Positions 1 to 13,750 of a DNA stretch of 64,000 bases are shown here, in pieces (position 1 is the stretch's first letter; every line of letters starts with the position of its first letter). Location of the stretch: NCBI GenBank assembly GCA_013239625.1, contig MU054187.1, positions 20,056,897 through 20,120,896 on the forward strand. The letters run 5' to 3'. Source of the DNA: Lama guanicoe. Taxonomy: Eukaryota. The translations under genes were made by a program, and so were the position numbers. Below the pieces are notes generated by a model. That model had not been told where the DNA came from, ran no database searches, and saw nothing but the letters and a program-made list of their open reading frames with translations.

Positions 1-342
1 TTTCCAGTGCTCTTCTTTCCCCTCGCTCTCTCATGTTCTTTCTCAAGCTACATTTCTTTCCCTTAGCTCACTTTGAATAAGACTACATTTATTAACATTT
101 GTGAACTTTTATTTTGGTTTGACTTGTTTTTCTGGGATGGATTCTGCTCTCTGTTCAGTGATACAGTGCTCAAGGACTCTTCTCAGATGTACTTTACTCT
201 GCTGCAGTTGAGTGCCTGTCGGTCTGCTCCTTCCATCCAATCTTCAGTAGTAAATAAAACTGTAATTACAGCAAACACTGCTACAAGCGTTATCTGTTTC
301 ACTCAGCACCTGAATAAGCTTTACTGTTTGGAGAATACACAA

Positions 343-495
343 GCAGTTCCCAACCAGGACTGGCCACCAGCACATTTATTTTCCTAACATATATTCTTGG
401 ACCCTACCTAGCTGTTTCTCATTCAGTGGTTCTGGATGGGACCTGGACATATGTATTTTTAACAGTCTTTGCAAATGATGCCTTTACAAACCAGA
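343..495. mobile_element. MER5A-like hAT-Charlie relic
   Basis: Degenerate match to recalled MER5A (cagttcccaac... ttcagtggttctggatgggacctggacatatgtatttttaaca...gatg). Confidence 0.45.
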
Positions 496-584
496 TTTAT
501 TTATCGTGTGTTAGACATTGTCCTAAGCACTTTAGATACTATTTAATTCTCATATCGCTATGATTACTGCTCTTACAACAGTTA

Positions 585-1445
585 CAGGCATGCCTTGTTC
601 TAGTGTGCTTCACTTTATTTATTTTTTAATTGAAGTACAGTCAGTTACAATGTGTATTTCTGGTGTATAGCACACTGTCCTAGTCATACATATACACACA
701 TATATTTGTTTTCATATTCTTTTTCATTAAAGGTTATTATAATAAGCTGTGGTGTATTTATACAATGGAATACTACTTGTCCATAAAAAAGAATAAAATC
801 ATGCCATTTGCAGCAACAAGGATGGACCTGGAGACCATCATTGTAAGTGAGGTAAGCCAGAGAGAGAAAGAAAAATACCATATGATATCACTTAAGTGTA
901 GAATTTAAAAAAAAGAAAAAAGAAAAGGACACTAATGAACTCATCTACAAAACAGAAACAGACTCCCAGACACTTTAGTGAACTTCACAGATAATTGCAT
1001 TTTGCTTTGTTTTTTCTTTTAACAAATTGAAGTTTTGCGGCAACCCTGTTTCAAGCAAGTCTATCTGTGCCATTTTCCAAAGCATTTATTCACTTCATGT
1101 TTCTGTGTCACACTTTGTGATTCTCACAATATTTTGAATTTTTCATTATTATTATATTTATTAACAGTGATCTGTGATCAGTGATCTTTGATGTTACTAT
1201 TATGACTTGTTGGAAGCTCAGATGATGGTTAGCATTTTTTAGCAATATTTTAAAATTAAGGAATGTACATTTGTTTAGACATAACGCTATTGTACACTTA
1301 ATAGGCTAGAATATCATGTAAACGTAAGTTTTGTACACTGGGTAGACAAAAAAATCTGTGTGACTTACTTGATCGTGATAATTGCTAATTATTGATAATT
1401 GCAGTGATATGGAACCAAACATGCAATAGTTCCTAAGTCTGCCTG
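585..1445 (+). mobile_element. Internally deleted Tigger1 derivative (Tigger1a-like), interrupted by an L1
   Basis: ta|caggcatgcc start; ttgaagttttgcggcaaccctg, gtgatctgtgatcagtgatctttgatgttactatt and gctcagatgatggttagcattttt match Tigger1 ends; terminal ...gtctgcctg. Confidence 0.85.
618..970 (-). mobile_element. 5'-truncated L1 with twin-priming inversion
   Basis: T-rich tail and 3' end on minus strand (618-742) joined to plus-oriented ORF2-end/3'UTR (743-970); TSD CACTTTA at 611-617 and 971-977. Confidence 0.88.
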
Positions 1446-1887
1446 GACTCCCTGTTTCCCAGGAGGATGGACTGAGCTATTACTTTCACACAGCGCTCAG
1501 TGGTGGGGCTGGGCTCCACACCTAGACAGGCTGATTCCAGATTGTAGGCCATTAACCAGTATGAAATCTACCTCCAGGAATGTACCTTTCAGTGTGCAGT
1601 GAGCTACTGAGAGTTTTTTCATAATATTTGGGCAGATGTGATCTGGATTTTATGATTTTACATAGAAAACATTGATGGTGAAAATTATTAGGGAGAGCAG
1701 GAAGGTAGGTTGACTTGGTGGAAATAATGTGCTATCATAACCATAAAGAGCTTCTGAGGGATTTATAAAGGGAGCTGCTCTGTTTTCTTATGTGTCCATC
1801 CATCCTTGAATTAGGGGCCATGTGGTGAGGAAGATGCAAAGCATCTTCTTATCCTTTTCTGTTTCTGTTTCACAGTGTAAGATCCAC

Positions 1888-2250
1888 TCTATGGCATGAA
1901 CTATGTCCCTTACAAATTCATTTGTTGAAGTCCTAACGCCTCCCCTGGCCCAGTGTGATGCTGTTTGGAGGGGGGTCTTTGTGAAATGACGCAGTCATGA
2001 AAGGGGGAGCCTCCTGCTGCGATTAGTGCCTTTATGAGAATAGGCACCAGACAGCTTGCTCTTTCTTTTTCTCTCTATCATGTGAGGACACAGTGAGATG
2101 GTGGCCATATGCAAGCCAGGAAAAGATCCCTCTTCCAATGCTGGCACCTTGATCTTGTACTTCCCAACCTCCAGAACTGTGAGAACATAATTGTCTTTTG
2201 TTTAATTCAATTTCTGTGTTTTGTTATGGCAGCTCTTGCTGACTAATACA
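1888..2250 (+). mobile_element. MLT1A-type MaLR solo LTR
   Basis: ctatgg...ttgaagtcctaac...catgtgaggacacagtgaga...ctggcaccttgatcttg...cctccagaactgtgaga...gactaataca. Confidence 0.85.
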
Positions 2251-2374
2251 TCCAAGTGTAAGTATGTAGCCTTGACATAAAAATGACCAACTTTTATTGA
2301 GTACTTACTATGTAACTAGGTGGTTATAAGTACTTACTTATGTTTAATTTAAACTTCCTGTCAACTGGCATAGG

Positions 2375-3960
2375 TTACCAACGTCCCACTAATCCCTTCC
2401 TAGGCTTCATCTTATTTGACCTGCCGGTAGCATTTGACACATCTGATAACTGTCTTCTCCCTGAGATGTATGATTTACTTGGTATCAGGAACACTAGTTT
2501 TCTTTTTCCTGAAGTGGCTATGTTTTTTTTTTTTTAAATTGAGGTTAATGGACATACAACATTAGTTTCATTTGTATAACATAATGATTCCATATTTGTA
2601 TATACTGTGAGATGATCCACAATAAGTCAACATTCATCACCATACAGAGTTTTAGAATTTGTTTGTCTTGTGATGAGAACTTTTAAGATTTACTCTCAGC
2701 AACTTTAAATATGGGATGCAGTGTTATTAGGGTCACCAGGCTGTATATTACATCATCGTGACTTATGTATTTAACGACTGGATGTTTTTACCTTTGACCC
2801 CCTTCATCCATTTTGCCTACTTTCTGCCTCCCCCGTCTGGTAGCCCCCAGTCTGTTCTCTGTATCTGTGTGCTTGTTTTTTCACTTATTTCATCCATGCC
2901 CTGAGGTTTCATCCATGTGATTGCAAGTGGCAAAATTTCATTCTTTTTTTCATGGCTGAATAACATTTCATTATGTGTGTGTGTGTGTCTTTAATGGACA
3001 CTTAGGACGTTTTCATATTGTGGCTATTGTAAATAATGCTGTAATGAACATGGGGGTTCCAATATCTTTTCAACTTGATGTTTTCATTTTATTCTGATAA
3101 ACACCCAGAAGTGGAACTACTGAGTCACGTGGTAGTTACAGTTTTAATTTTTCAAGGAAGCTCCATGCTGTTTTCCATAGTGGCTGCACCAATTTACGCT
3201 CCCAACAGCAGTGTACAAGGGTTCCTTTTCTTACACATCCTCACCAGCATTTGGTATCTCTTGACCTTTTGAAGTGGCTATTCTTTTCTGGTCTCTTTTA
3301 TTAGTTTTTCTTCATTTTCCCAACTTCCCACTATATTTCCCGTACTCAATCCTCAGACCTTGTCCCTATCCATGTACATTTATCCCCTTTGTGATCTCAT
3401 CTAGTTTCATGGCTCTAAATGCCATGGCTAGGATAATGACTTTTACATTTGCTATCTTTGAACTCCAGAGTTGAACATAAAATTGATGACTTGAATGTCC
3501 ATGAATGTCATCCTAACATGTCCAAAAACCTAGTCCCCTTCAGTTTACCCATCTCAAATTATGACCAATTTGTTTTTCCTTTTTTTCAACCAACAATATT
3601 GACCTTGACTCCCACAACTAATTCAGTATCTAATGCTATCAGATACCATCAGAACATATCTAGAAGAAAACCACTTCTCAGCACCTCTGTCAGTACCATT
3701 TGGGTCCACCTCTCACTTGGATCATTGGGTGAGCTCTTAGCTGACCTTCCTGACTCTACCCTATCATCCAGACTAGTCTCCACACCAACCAGAGTGATCT
3801 TAAAATGTAGGTCAGAAACGTTCCAGTTCTCTTCTCCATACCTGCCAAAAGACAGCTACCTCACCCAGCATAAAACTTAAGTCCTTCAATAGCCTGTGAC
3901 ACCTCGACCCCACTCAACTGGCCTCCCAGTTCCCCTAGACCCGTATACATACCTTGCTCA
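2375..3960 (+). mobile_element. LINE-2 remnant (RT region onward), interrupted by L1 at 2522-3269
   Basis: ORF 2340-2537 reads ILFDLPVAFDTSD, resembling the L2 RT motif ILLDLSAAFDTVD; pyrimidine-rich L2-like sequence resumes after the L1. Confidence 0.65.
2522..3269 (-). mobile_element. 5'-truncated L1 (L1MA-like 3' end plus ORF2 end)
   Basis: Poly-T tail; antisense L1 motifs (ggctattgtaaataatgctg, ttttccatagtggctgcaccaattt); TSD TGAAGTGGCTAT at 2510-2521 and 3270-3281. Confidence 0.9.
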
Positions 3961-4414
3961 TGGAGAAAGGCAAGATGCCTGGTTAGATGATATACTCAGG
4001 AAAAGGATGTTCTGAGAACCCGAGAGGTTCCATACATGTTAGCACAGTCTAAGAGCCAATGCCTATTTCTTCCACTTAAAACACTGGGAGACAGCAGCTT
4101 GACCACTGATGTGTATCCCATAAACTAATAATATTAAAATAAACCTCAAAACATTGCTTTATATTTGATGTGAGTGCTTTAAAGGGCATAATTGTCAGGC
4201 TAATGTTTTCAAGGATGAATATTCATAAGACTTATTTCTCTTTTGGCCCTCCACATACATTCACACAATTCATTATTTCATCTCTTTTCTGTCCTTTGAA
4301 ATCTGGAGAAATGGTCCAGAATTTTTCTAATATTATTGATGAAATGTAATGCAGTATTATTTTCTTTTTTTTATTGTTTTTGATGCAGGTTAAATTTTTC
4401 ATAGAAGTGTTTCT

Positions 4415-4518
4415 CAAATATTACACGGGACGTACTTATAAAAATTTATTCATTGTTTATCTGAAATTCAAATCTAACTGTGCATCTTGTGTTTTTATTT
4501 GTTAAATCTGGCAACTCA
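4415..4518. mobile_element. MER53 half element
   Basis: gggacgtacttata...ttgtttatctgaaattcaaatctaactg...tttttatttgttaaatctggcaac matches one arm of recalled MER53. Confidence 0.75.
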
Positions 4519-4768
4519 AGGGAGGTTGTTAAATCTTTTCAAATGTTATAGAATAAAAATATCAATAATTTTGAGTCAATATATACATAAGAAAAAAGTC
4601 ACATTTCAGGAAACAGAACCAATAAAAAGAAAAAATGAGTCAAAAGGGATGTGGATCTTTCCATATCATTGTAAATCCATTTATTTTGACATCATATTGA
4701 GCTATTTTAAGATTAATATGGAGACAGCTCTAATACTAAGTGGTTGAGAGTTCCATATTTGTAGTTAG

Positions 4769-4946
4769 CAGGACTTCCTGCATAATTTGCAGGGCCCTAG
4801 TGCAAAAGGAAGATGTGAGACTCCTTGTTCAAGAGTTTTAAAGAATTTGAAGTCAGAGACAATAGAACACTTACCCAAGCACACAGCCCTTCTGAGTGAG
4901 GGTCTGTGTGTAACTGCAAGTTTGTGAGCCTGGGATGCCAGTGCCG
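4769..4946 (-). mobile_element. MER45A hAT element inserted in MIR-like sequence
   Basis: cataatttgcagggccctagtgcaaaa...ccttgttcaag...cccttctgagtg; degenerate 8-bp TSD gtagttag/gtggtcag. Confidence 0.75.
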
Positions 4947-4959
4947 GTGGTCAGATAGG

Positions 4960-5130
4960 TCAGGTCCATGAGGTAGATATTACTATAGATGTTGTTATGA
5001 TTGCCATTTTACTGATGCAAAATGTGAGGTTTTGAGAAGTTAAGTAATGAGATCATGTAGACAGAAGCTAATTCAGATTTGAATCTCGGTCATCTGAGAC
5101 CAGAGTGCTCCTAAACCATGAACGATATTC
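4960..5130 (-). mobile_element. MIR fragment
   Basis: ccatgaggtag...ccattttactgatg...gagaagttaagtaa...atttgaatctcggtcatctgagaccagagtgctcctaaaccat. Confidence 0.6.
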
Positions 5131-7451
5131 AGTTCTGCAGTATTGAATCCCAGAAAAAATAAAACCAAAGGAAAAAGTTAGTGGACCCTAATGAAGGGAG
5201 GTAACTGTTCAGATGGATTTCACATTTCTCTAGCGATTAGGCAGATCAAATAAAAGAGTAAAGCAGATTAGAAATTGTTATAGCAGGATTGGTGGGCATT
5301 GTGGCAAGCTGGAGCTTCTCTATAATGTGCAAATCCACCTAAATCCAGAGTGATAAAGCATGTTTGTGAGCTAAATTTGACCACGGAGAAGAGGCAGTTC
5401 ATGATCCTGTGACCCTTTGTTTAGATATTATGAGTAATCATATTTATTATCTTTCTTCTTATTTTTAATCCTACCTTCCCTAAATAGCAGGCTTTGAAAT
5501 GAATGTAAGTGGGAGTTAGGGAGTCTTCTAATGGGTGACAATAGCCGTCATATTAAAAAAGAAAAAGCTTTCCTTCAATTTGATGAAAAGGAATTACAGC
5601 ATCTGCTCCAATGACAGCTTATAAAGCATCTGGGTCTGGTATAAACTGACTGTACGAAGCCTTTCTACTCTGGAAGTTTTGGGCTTTATCAATTGATTTT
5701 CATAAGGGATAACTAACTAGGTGCTCAGAACTGCCACATACTTTTCTTGTACTTCAAACATAAAACCTCTCTCTTACCCAGAGCTAGGATCTGAAAACGC
5801 TAAGCATTAAGCAAAATGGATTAGTCTTCAGAAGGGGAGCTTCAGACTGTCAGTGCCAGAGGGGGGGTTAATGCAAAGCAGTGTGTCATATTTGCCATTT
5901 CCCCTATATTATCTTGCCCAGAACACCTGCTTAATGAACTCAACATAAATTATCATGCTATAAGCACATTCTTTAATAACAAAAGCCTTGTGGAAGCATT
6001 CCTTCTTGTTAAGATAATAAACTCAGAAAAATGACTTCGATGACGTTTTCTCAGTGCTACATGCAAAAGATGTAAAAATAAATAAATAAATAAATTGATG
6101 ATGCTACCGGATTTTTCCTTTCTGTGGGGGTAAGTGAAAATCATTTTAAGATTTTAAGTGGTTTATTGCAACTGGAATTTGAGTTACTGCTTTGTCAGAG
6201 TCCCAGGGCTTTTGATCTGGTATATGCTTAAGCCTGTAAATGATTCTTTAAACATCTTTTCCCCTCCTGTTTCTTTCAGTTGTATTGATTCTTTTCTCAA
6301 TTTTCCCCTTTGACAAATATGATATATATCTTGAGTATCTATGATATATATTATGTAGATATATAGATATTTGAAAAAGGAAAAAATTAAATATTAAATG
6401 TATATTTAATTTAATGATGCTCATATATCATTAGTTAAAAATAAATTATGTTAATTGGGAACATATTGTAAATATTTGTCTCAGTCTAGATGTAACGCTG
6501 ACACGTGGTACTTTTTTCTTTTAATTGTTCTGATATTTTATAAGAATTCTGGAAAATAGGTAAAGCTAAATGAAACTCACTAAACTTAATAGTATCTCTT
6601 AAAATGCTATATAAGAAGTGAATTGAAATCCACTATATACATTAATATTTCCCTTCCTCAAATCCAAAGCACTTTTTCAAAGCGTTATTAATTTTTACTC
6701 CATTCATATCTCTCTACTCCTTATTCTTGCTGTATTTTTTTCCCTTTTGCTCTGTGGCTAAAACATTCTTCATTATGTAGATTGGATGATATAGGATTTT
6801 GGATTTTGATGAATCAAAATCAAGAGGGAAGGGACTTCCAAACACCTTGTTTAAATATTTGTTTTCACGGAGAATTCATAGCTAGTAATCTTCATATGTA
6901 ATATCAAAAAGATACATCAAAAATATTTTTTAAAATACCACAAGGCAATAAAAAGTGATGACAGTTCCCCCTTTTGCTTTATATTGTGTTTCTTCTAGAA
7001 CTTTCCTACTACAGAATGACTTTAATCTTAAGTGAAGCACTTAAGTGGCAGTGATACCCAGATTTCACAAATTGGCATTTAAATATAGGATCCTCCTTCA
7101 CTGAGGATTTTGCATATAATCACCCAATGTATATGTTTTAAAAACTGGAATTATTATTTCAATGAATTAGCAACAATTTGTACTTCGAAAAACTCACTTT
7201 ATTGCCTTCTAAGATTGAAGGTTATTGACAGAAGATGCGACTAGATATTTTTAGGTCTAGTGTTATTTAGGTCTAAGTAACAGTTGTGCCAGGAAACTGG
7301 ATATTCTTGTTCTCAAGTTAAGGGCAAAGGGGCTGAGATTACATTATTACACCACTGTTACAGAGAAGATTTGTGGAGCTTCTCTTCAGGGGTGTCTTCA
7401 TAATTTCCAGGGGGATTTAGGGCTGAGACTGGAGCCCTTTCTTTCCTCCTC

Positions 7452-7594
7452 CTTTTTTAAATTGAAGTACAGTCAGTTCAGAATGTTGTGTCAATTTCTG
7501 GTGTACAGCACAATGCTTCAGTCATACATGAACATACATATATTCTTTTCATATTCTTTTCCACTGTAGGTTACTACAAGATATTGAATATAGT
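7452..7594 (-). mobile_element. Short L1 3' end
   Basis: ttttttaaattgaagtacagtcagtt...ctggtgtacagc...ggttactacaagatattgaatatagt, same 3'UTR type as 12545-12960. Confidence 0.85.
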
Positions 7595-9456
7595 TGATAC
7601 TAACTGGGAATAGAAAATACTCTTAATTTGGGTTATATAGCTATTCAGTGTGACTTCAAGATCTCTTTGATGTAAATTCCTTTGTTTTGATGAATAAGTC
7701 GTGGGCTCACTTTGGAGCGTTAGGGAATAATGAGGGCTTGTTACCATGCTCACAGGGCAGAGCTGTGTTTCTGAATTGCATCCCTTAAGCCAAATAGTCT
7801 CCTTGTGCATCAGAGCAAAGTATATTTTGCACCCAAATGTAAAAGAAAGCAAAATCATGTTTATACCTTGATTTTATTCTCACTTTAAAAAGGATTTCAA
7901 GTAGTACTTATACAACCCAACTGTAGCACAATTAAAAAAAACAATGCGGACTCTAGATTACTTAGTAGGCCTGTGAGATAATTATTATACAATTCATAAA
8001 TTTTGGGAAACTAGGCACAAAATTTATGGTTTTGCTCAATTTATCTGTTGATTCAAAAGCTTAGATTCTAAGAAAGGATGTGGGTGGGTGGAAGCTTGTG
8101 TGAAGAGAACCCTCAACTAAGCAGTTCATAAAACGGATGTTGTGTTACAGTGAATGATGCTTTAAGAAAATATTCCAAAAACAGATTCTCTAAGGGCACT
8201 GAAGAAAAATATTTTATTTATTTATGTTTAAAAATACAACTTGGAGTATAATGACAAAATAATAATTAGCATATGCTAATATGATCCAGTAAGACTTTGC
8301 ATGGCTGGATTACAAATATCCCAAGATTCAATTCTCCAGTGAATATTTAACACGTAGGAAGAAAAACCTTGTTGTTGCACTGAGCAAGGATTGTATGCTT
8401 CACTTATCAGAAATAAGGGGAGGGATCTTCTATTTTGACAGTTTAAAAGACAAGTTTCTATTCTCAGTTTGATCTGCTGATCTAGATAAACATCACCTGT
8501 GACAAAGAGCAGAGTTTTTCATCAGTGAGAACTTTACATCCTTCCAACCTCCGTGCAGAGGTTTTTGGAGACCTCCATATTATGGAACATATAGCAGAAC
8601 TTTTGATTAGAAGTTCTAGCTTACAGATTTGAAAATATTTTACATTTTCTGTGTTTTTTCTTGGAAATTAGCATGTGTCAAGAAATGCATCCCACAGTGA
8701 GAATTATGATTTATTAATTAACACTTGGTTATGATACTAGCACTTGTCAATATAACACAGTAGGTGAGATGAAACTTAACAAACACAATTCAGACTATCT
8801 TTTTTTTTTTTGCTTACATCATGCTATTTATTGTACAATCTAATTGAAAACAAAGATTATTATGACCATTATAATTCTTTCTTTCTCACTCGGGCTATTA
8901 TTATTTTTTCCTACCACATCTATTTTAATTTTTATTTGTTTCTAAATTTTCTCTGTGCTAGACACATATTTTAAGCTATGAATTCTATTTTGTTCATTTA
9001 GGATTGATGAAATTAATTCTTAGAGGCCTTTTAACTAAGCACAAGCATTCTATGAAGAGTGGAATTTTGATGTTGGGACTTGCTCATTGGTATCTGAATA
9101 TCTTTAAACAGCTGACTAAAATATGATGAGTAATTTATGTTCTTATTCATCATTTCATTTACTGTTTTGTTTAAAAATTCTCCACAATTGCTAAAATACT
9201 ATATGCCCTGAAGATGACATAAAGGATCAAATTGTTAAGTCCAATAAAGCAAAGATCTTACTCAGGATATGTTTATTAATATTTACTCAATAGTCAGGAG
9301 ACACAGGGGAACAAGATGTTCAAATCCCCCAGTATGACTCCAGCCCTTCGTTCTTTCATCGGATGCATGCTAACTCAGGTTACAGATAGAGGTAAGATGT
9401 CTAATATGGAGATAAGATAGAACATTTGAGCCAGGAAAGGTCTTAACTTTGAGCTC

Positions 9457-9835
9457 TGTTATGAACTAAATGTTCCTTCTAAATCCATGTGTTTGAAACT
9501 GTAACCCCTAGTAAATGCTATATTTGGAGACGGGGCCTCTAAGAACTAATTCAGGTTAAATGAGGTTGTAATGGTGGGGCCCTGATCCAGTAGGATTAGT
9601 AGCCTTATCAGAAAAGACACCAGAGAACTCTCTTTCCCTCCGGATGAGTAAAGAGCATGTGAGGGCCCAGCAAGAAGGCTAAGCCAGTTACAAGCTGAGA
9701 GAGCTCTCACCAGAAACTGAATCTGCTGACGCCTTGATCATGAATCCCAGCCTCCAGAACTCTGGGAAAGAAAGTTTCTGTTTCAGCTGTCCAGTCTGTG
9801 TTGGTTTGTTACAGCACTCCCAGAACACTAATACA
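9457..9835 (+). mobile_element. MLT1A-type MaLR solo LTR
   Basis: tgttatgaact...ggggccctgatccagtaggattagt...cagcctccagaact...ctaataca; TSD agctc/tgctc. Confidence 0.85.
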
Positions 9836-10359
9836 TGCTCATATATATCTTACACTGTTTTGTGACACTTTTCAGGGAGCTCTGCCCAATGAGATTGTAG
9901 ATGACACATTTGTTTATCATAGCAATCTTTGAAAACCAGGTACATTCTGCTAAAAGCGTACTGAAGAAGAGGAATCTATTCCTAGCAAAAAACATTTAGC
10001 ATATTTACAAGGAGATCAGACTGGACTACATGCCTTCTCTCTTTTCTAGGAGTGTTCCCCACCAAAACCCCTCCTTAGGTACAAGGTGTGAGTAGACTGA
10101 AGATCTATTGCTGTGACTCATGTTTCACAACACTGTTGAGACTTTTCTTTAATGCTATTTAAGATATGTGTAATGGGTTTGACATCAGAACCTTTAGAAA
10201 TAGCACTTTTTAAAATGGTTATATGGTTTGCCTGTTATATGCAAACACGCCATTTTATAGAATGTATTCACTATTGACGGACATCTCAAGAGTTTGTTAA
10301 CAGAAACTGTTGCGATGTGTTTGTATATTTAATTGTATTTGATTAGTTTATTATGAAAC

Positions 10360-10825
10360 ATATTTATTCTCTTCCTCTTATCTTCATGGGGTCAGCATAT
10401 TTTCTCCTTTTTGATTTTTGGGTTCAGCCACATGACTTGCTTTGTCAATAGAATGGGCACAAGTGACTGTGGGCCGATTCCCAGCCCAGACCCTAAGAAG
10501 TCTTGCATGTTCTGCTTGCTCTCTGGAACTTCTGCTATTAGCCTGAGAAGAATATGCCGAGACTGGCATGTGGATCTAGGGAAGGGATAAGATGTGCAGG
10601 GAGCAGAGCCAAACCTTTCTAGCTAAATTCAGCCTCGGTCAGACAAAAAGACCCTCCGATGCATGAGTAAGCCTAGTTTCAATCAGCAGAGCTGCCTAGT
10701 TGAGCTCAGCCTAGACCAGTCTTCTCTCAGCCAACTAACAGTTGGATGAGGATAAACTACCATTGTTGCACAGTGACTGAACTTTAGAATGGTTTGTTAC
10801 TGAGTGCTTTGCAGTAATAGCTACA
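10360..10825 (+). mobile_element. Older MLT1 LTR (MLT1G/H/I-like)
   Basis: cagccacatgacttgctttgtcaatagaatg...cccagcccagaccctaagaag...ggtttgttac...gtaatagcta. Confidence 0.65.
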
Positions 10826-12544
10826 ACTTGCATGTCTCTATGAAGGATATATTCCTAGCACTAGAATTGTTGAAACAGTGACAATTTCCCTAATTCAGTG
10901 CATTATAGATTTTATTATTTATTGATATTCTTGATATACGTTTAATGATAAAATAGCCTAACTCACTAGATGTCTCCATTTATAGTTTCCATGTTTGGAA
11001 ATTCACCCAACCGTGACACTGGCCTGAACACATTAATCCTAATAGTTTCTTACTTTATTTGTTAATTGCATTTATCTATAAAAATTAAGCTAAGGTCGAA
11101 AAAAAAAATTTCCTGAGGGTACTCTGGAATTAGAGTACACTTGTTAAACTTCTCACTTGCCTCAAGAAAACATCTATCCTCTCGACTGTTAGTACACAAG
11201 GGATTGTACGTAATTGTAATTGCACTTTAGATACTTACAAGGGAGTAAAATCTGGACCTGAGAGCTGCTCAGTAGCTATAGAGATCACTTTGAAAACAAC
11301 TTTATTTGCTTAAGTCTCGCTGATCCACCCGGTTCTCTAGACATTCTAAGTACCTGTCAAGAGCCTCCGAGAGTTGTGTGTATCTGGATCACATTGGTTC
11401 CCCAAGCAATTGCCTGCTACCGAGTTGTTTGTGGAGTGGCCATTATCTCATCCTGAGACATATTACAAGAAACTTCTCTGAAGGTCATTGCTGCCATTAT
11501 TTTGAGTGGTTGATATTGTTTAGTACATAATACGGAGTCTTCTCTTTGAAATGTCATAGGAAACTTTTTTCCATCCTACTGCAATACCATATATTTCTAT
11601 GCCTCAAATTTTAAGCTATTTAAATTCATTTGGTTTTGTGTGCTACTTGTATTTTTGAAAGCCACTCTGAGCCTTACAAGTATGTAGCAAAGTGAAAAAT
11701 GTGAATATAAATAAAAAACTGGTTGAAGTGTGATAAGGTGTGACAAACATCAGGGTGTCCTTTCTATACAACATTAAATTATGAGGCAGAGATGGATTCT
11801 TCCACTCACACTTCATCCCTCCACATAGCTATTAATTTAACTGCCTACTTGTTTTGGCATCAGGTTAACAAGAACAAATGTGTAGCGTGGCTGCTCCCTG
11901 CTTCTCTAACCCTCTTTGGAACATAAAGGAGAAAGTACAGCCCAGAGGACAACTGCAGGGTGATTTCTGTAAGATCTGTCAAGCATCTCCACTGATTCAT
12001 GACATGTCATGGCCCTTAAGACACCCCAAGTTATACAGTGCACCCAGATTTTTATTAGGTAGAGAAGAGGAAAAATCTTTGAGAGAGCCATCAGTCTAGT
12101 AAAACAATTCAAATGACTTATTCTTTCAGATTAAAATTGTCTACAAAGAGATCCCAAATCAGTATTTTTAAATCATACAGGTATCAGGGATGAATACTTC
12201 ATAAGAGTTAAAACAGGTAATGATTAAAAGCTTAGAATATTAAATGTTTTTAATTAAAAATAATCGCTCTGTGGATTAATTATTTTTGCGTACATATAGT
12301 AATGAGAAACCTTCCAGTATTGTTCTCTGTAAAAGAATCTTTAAATGCTTTGGACTATATATTTTTAAGATTTCGAGGTTATACTTTGGCTCAACCTAAC
12401 CTGCTTGAATTAGCCAAGTAGATTTTTTTTAAAGAAGCAAACAGATAAAAGAAAAATACAGTTATCAAAGAACATCTGTCTGTTTTGGAACACACACGTA
12501 TACACCCATAAGATTTGCTTTCAAAGCGTGCCTAAATATTTTTC

Positions 12545-12960
12545 TTTTAAACTGAAGTATAGTCACTTTACAATGTTGTGTTCATTTCCTGTGTACAGCC
12601 TAATGTTTCAGTCATACATATATTCCTTTTCATATTCTTTTTCATTATAGGTTACTACAAGATATTGAATATAGTTCCCTGTGCTATACAGAGGAAACTT
12701 GTTTATCTATTTTACACATATAGTAGCTAGTATTTGCAAATCTCGAATTCCCAATTTATCCCTTCCCACCCTTTTTCCTTCCTGGTAACCATAAGTTTGT
12801 TTTCTATGTCTGTGAGTTTATTTCTGTTTTTGTAAATAAGTTCATTTTTGTCTTTTTTTGTTTGTTTGTTTTTTAGATTTCTGATATGAGTGATATCATA
12901 TGGTATTTTCCTTTTCTTTCTGGCTTACTTCACTTAGAATGACCATCTCCAGGTCCAGGT
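12545..12960 (-). mobile_element. 5'-truncated L1 3' end
   Basis: Antisense L1 3'UTR; TSD cctaaa(t/g)atttttc at 12531-12544 and 12961-12974. Confidence 0.9.
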
Positions 12961-13489
12961 CCTAAAGATTTTTCAAACTTTGTGGTATTTATATTTTTTC
13001 ATGTGGGTACTGTACAGCACTTGCCTTTGGTTTTGGATTATTATTTCACTTTGCTTCTTAAATGTAATTCGTCATAAGTTATTTTATCCATTAAATCAGC
13101 ACAATGGACTGATTCTTTTTATTAGGACATTGTTAATTAAATTAGAATAAATAAAATAAGACTCAGTCTTGCAGAAAAGATCATAACAGCACATGTTAAG
13201 TGTGGATGTCTTCCCACTGGTCTGACGGAATATATGCAAGTTGCTCTCACCGCGTGTGCGTGAATGATTCAGAGAGAATACCTGGAAATGTTACTTGGTG
13301 TGAGGAGCCCAGGACCAAGGTGTCTGAAGACCATATTCTAAATTAGCAAGATACTAACTTCCCAAACATGAGGCTATGTTAAAAGAACTGTCCTAATTCC
13401 CATGAAACTTGCATTTGAAAATCTTATGACAAGTTATATATTTCCAGAAAAATAAGTGAAGAATTTGAAGCCAATTAGTCCTGCTGCGC

Positions 13490-13750
13490 CTACAGCTTTC
13501 AGCAGAAGCATCACTTCCCCAGAGCAGTCTCCTTGATCACCTCATCACCATTCCAGTCAAGTTTAGTTTTTACGTATCTTTTTAATGTGCTTTCAAAGAA
13601 CCATGTTCCTTCCTTATGTTGCAATTAAATGCTCAACATATATGTTTATTCGATAATTTGAAGTCCTTTTCTAATTGTTTTATCACCAGAATCTAGCACA
13701 ATGCAGGGGCTTGATTAATGATTTTTAACTTTATGAATGACTGAAATGAT
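13490..13750 (+). mobile_element. L2 3' end remnant
   Basis: catcacttccccagagcagtctccttgatc...ccagaatctagcacaatgc...tgaatgactgaaatga. Confidence 0.5.

Larger units (their letters stand above)
497..1575 (-). mobile_element. MIR SINE split by the Tigger insertion (pieces ~497-584 and ~1446-1575)
   Basis: gtgttagacattgtcctaagcacttt...atttaattctca left of the Tigger; ggggctgggctccacacctagacaggctgattccaga...cattaacca right of it. Confidence 0.5.

Noticed and set aside
3449..3880. 143-aa ORF
   Set aside because: Lies within a decayed L2, has a non-ATG start and no recognisable domain.
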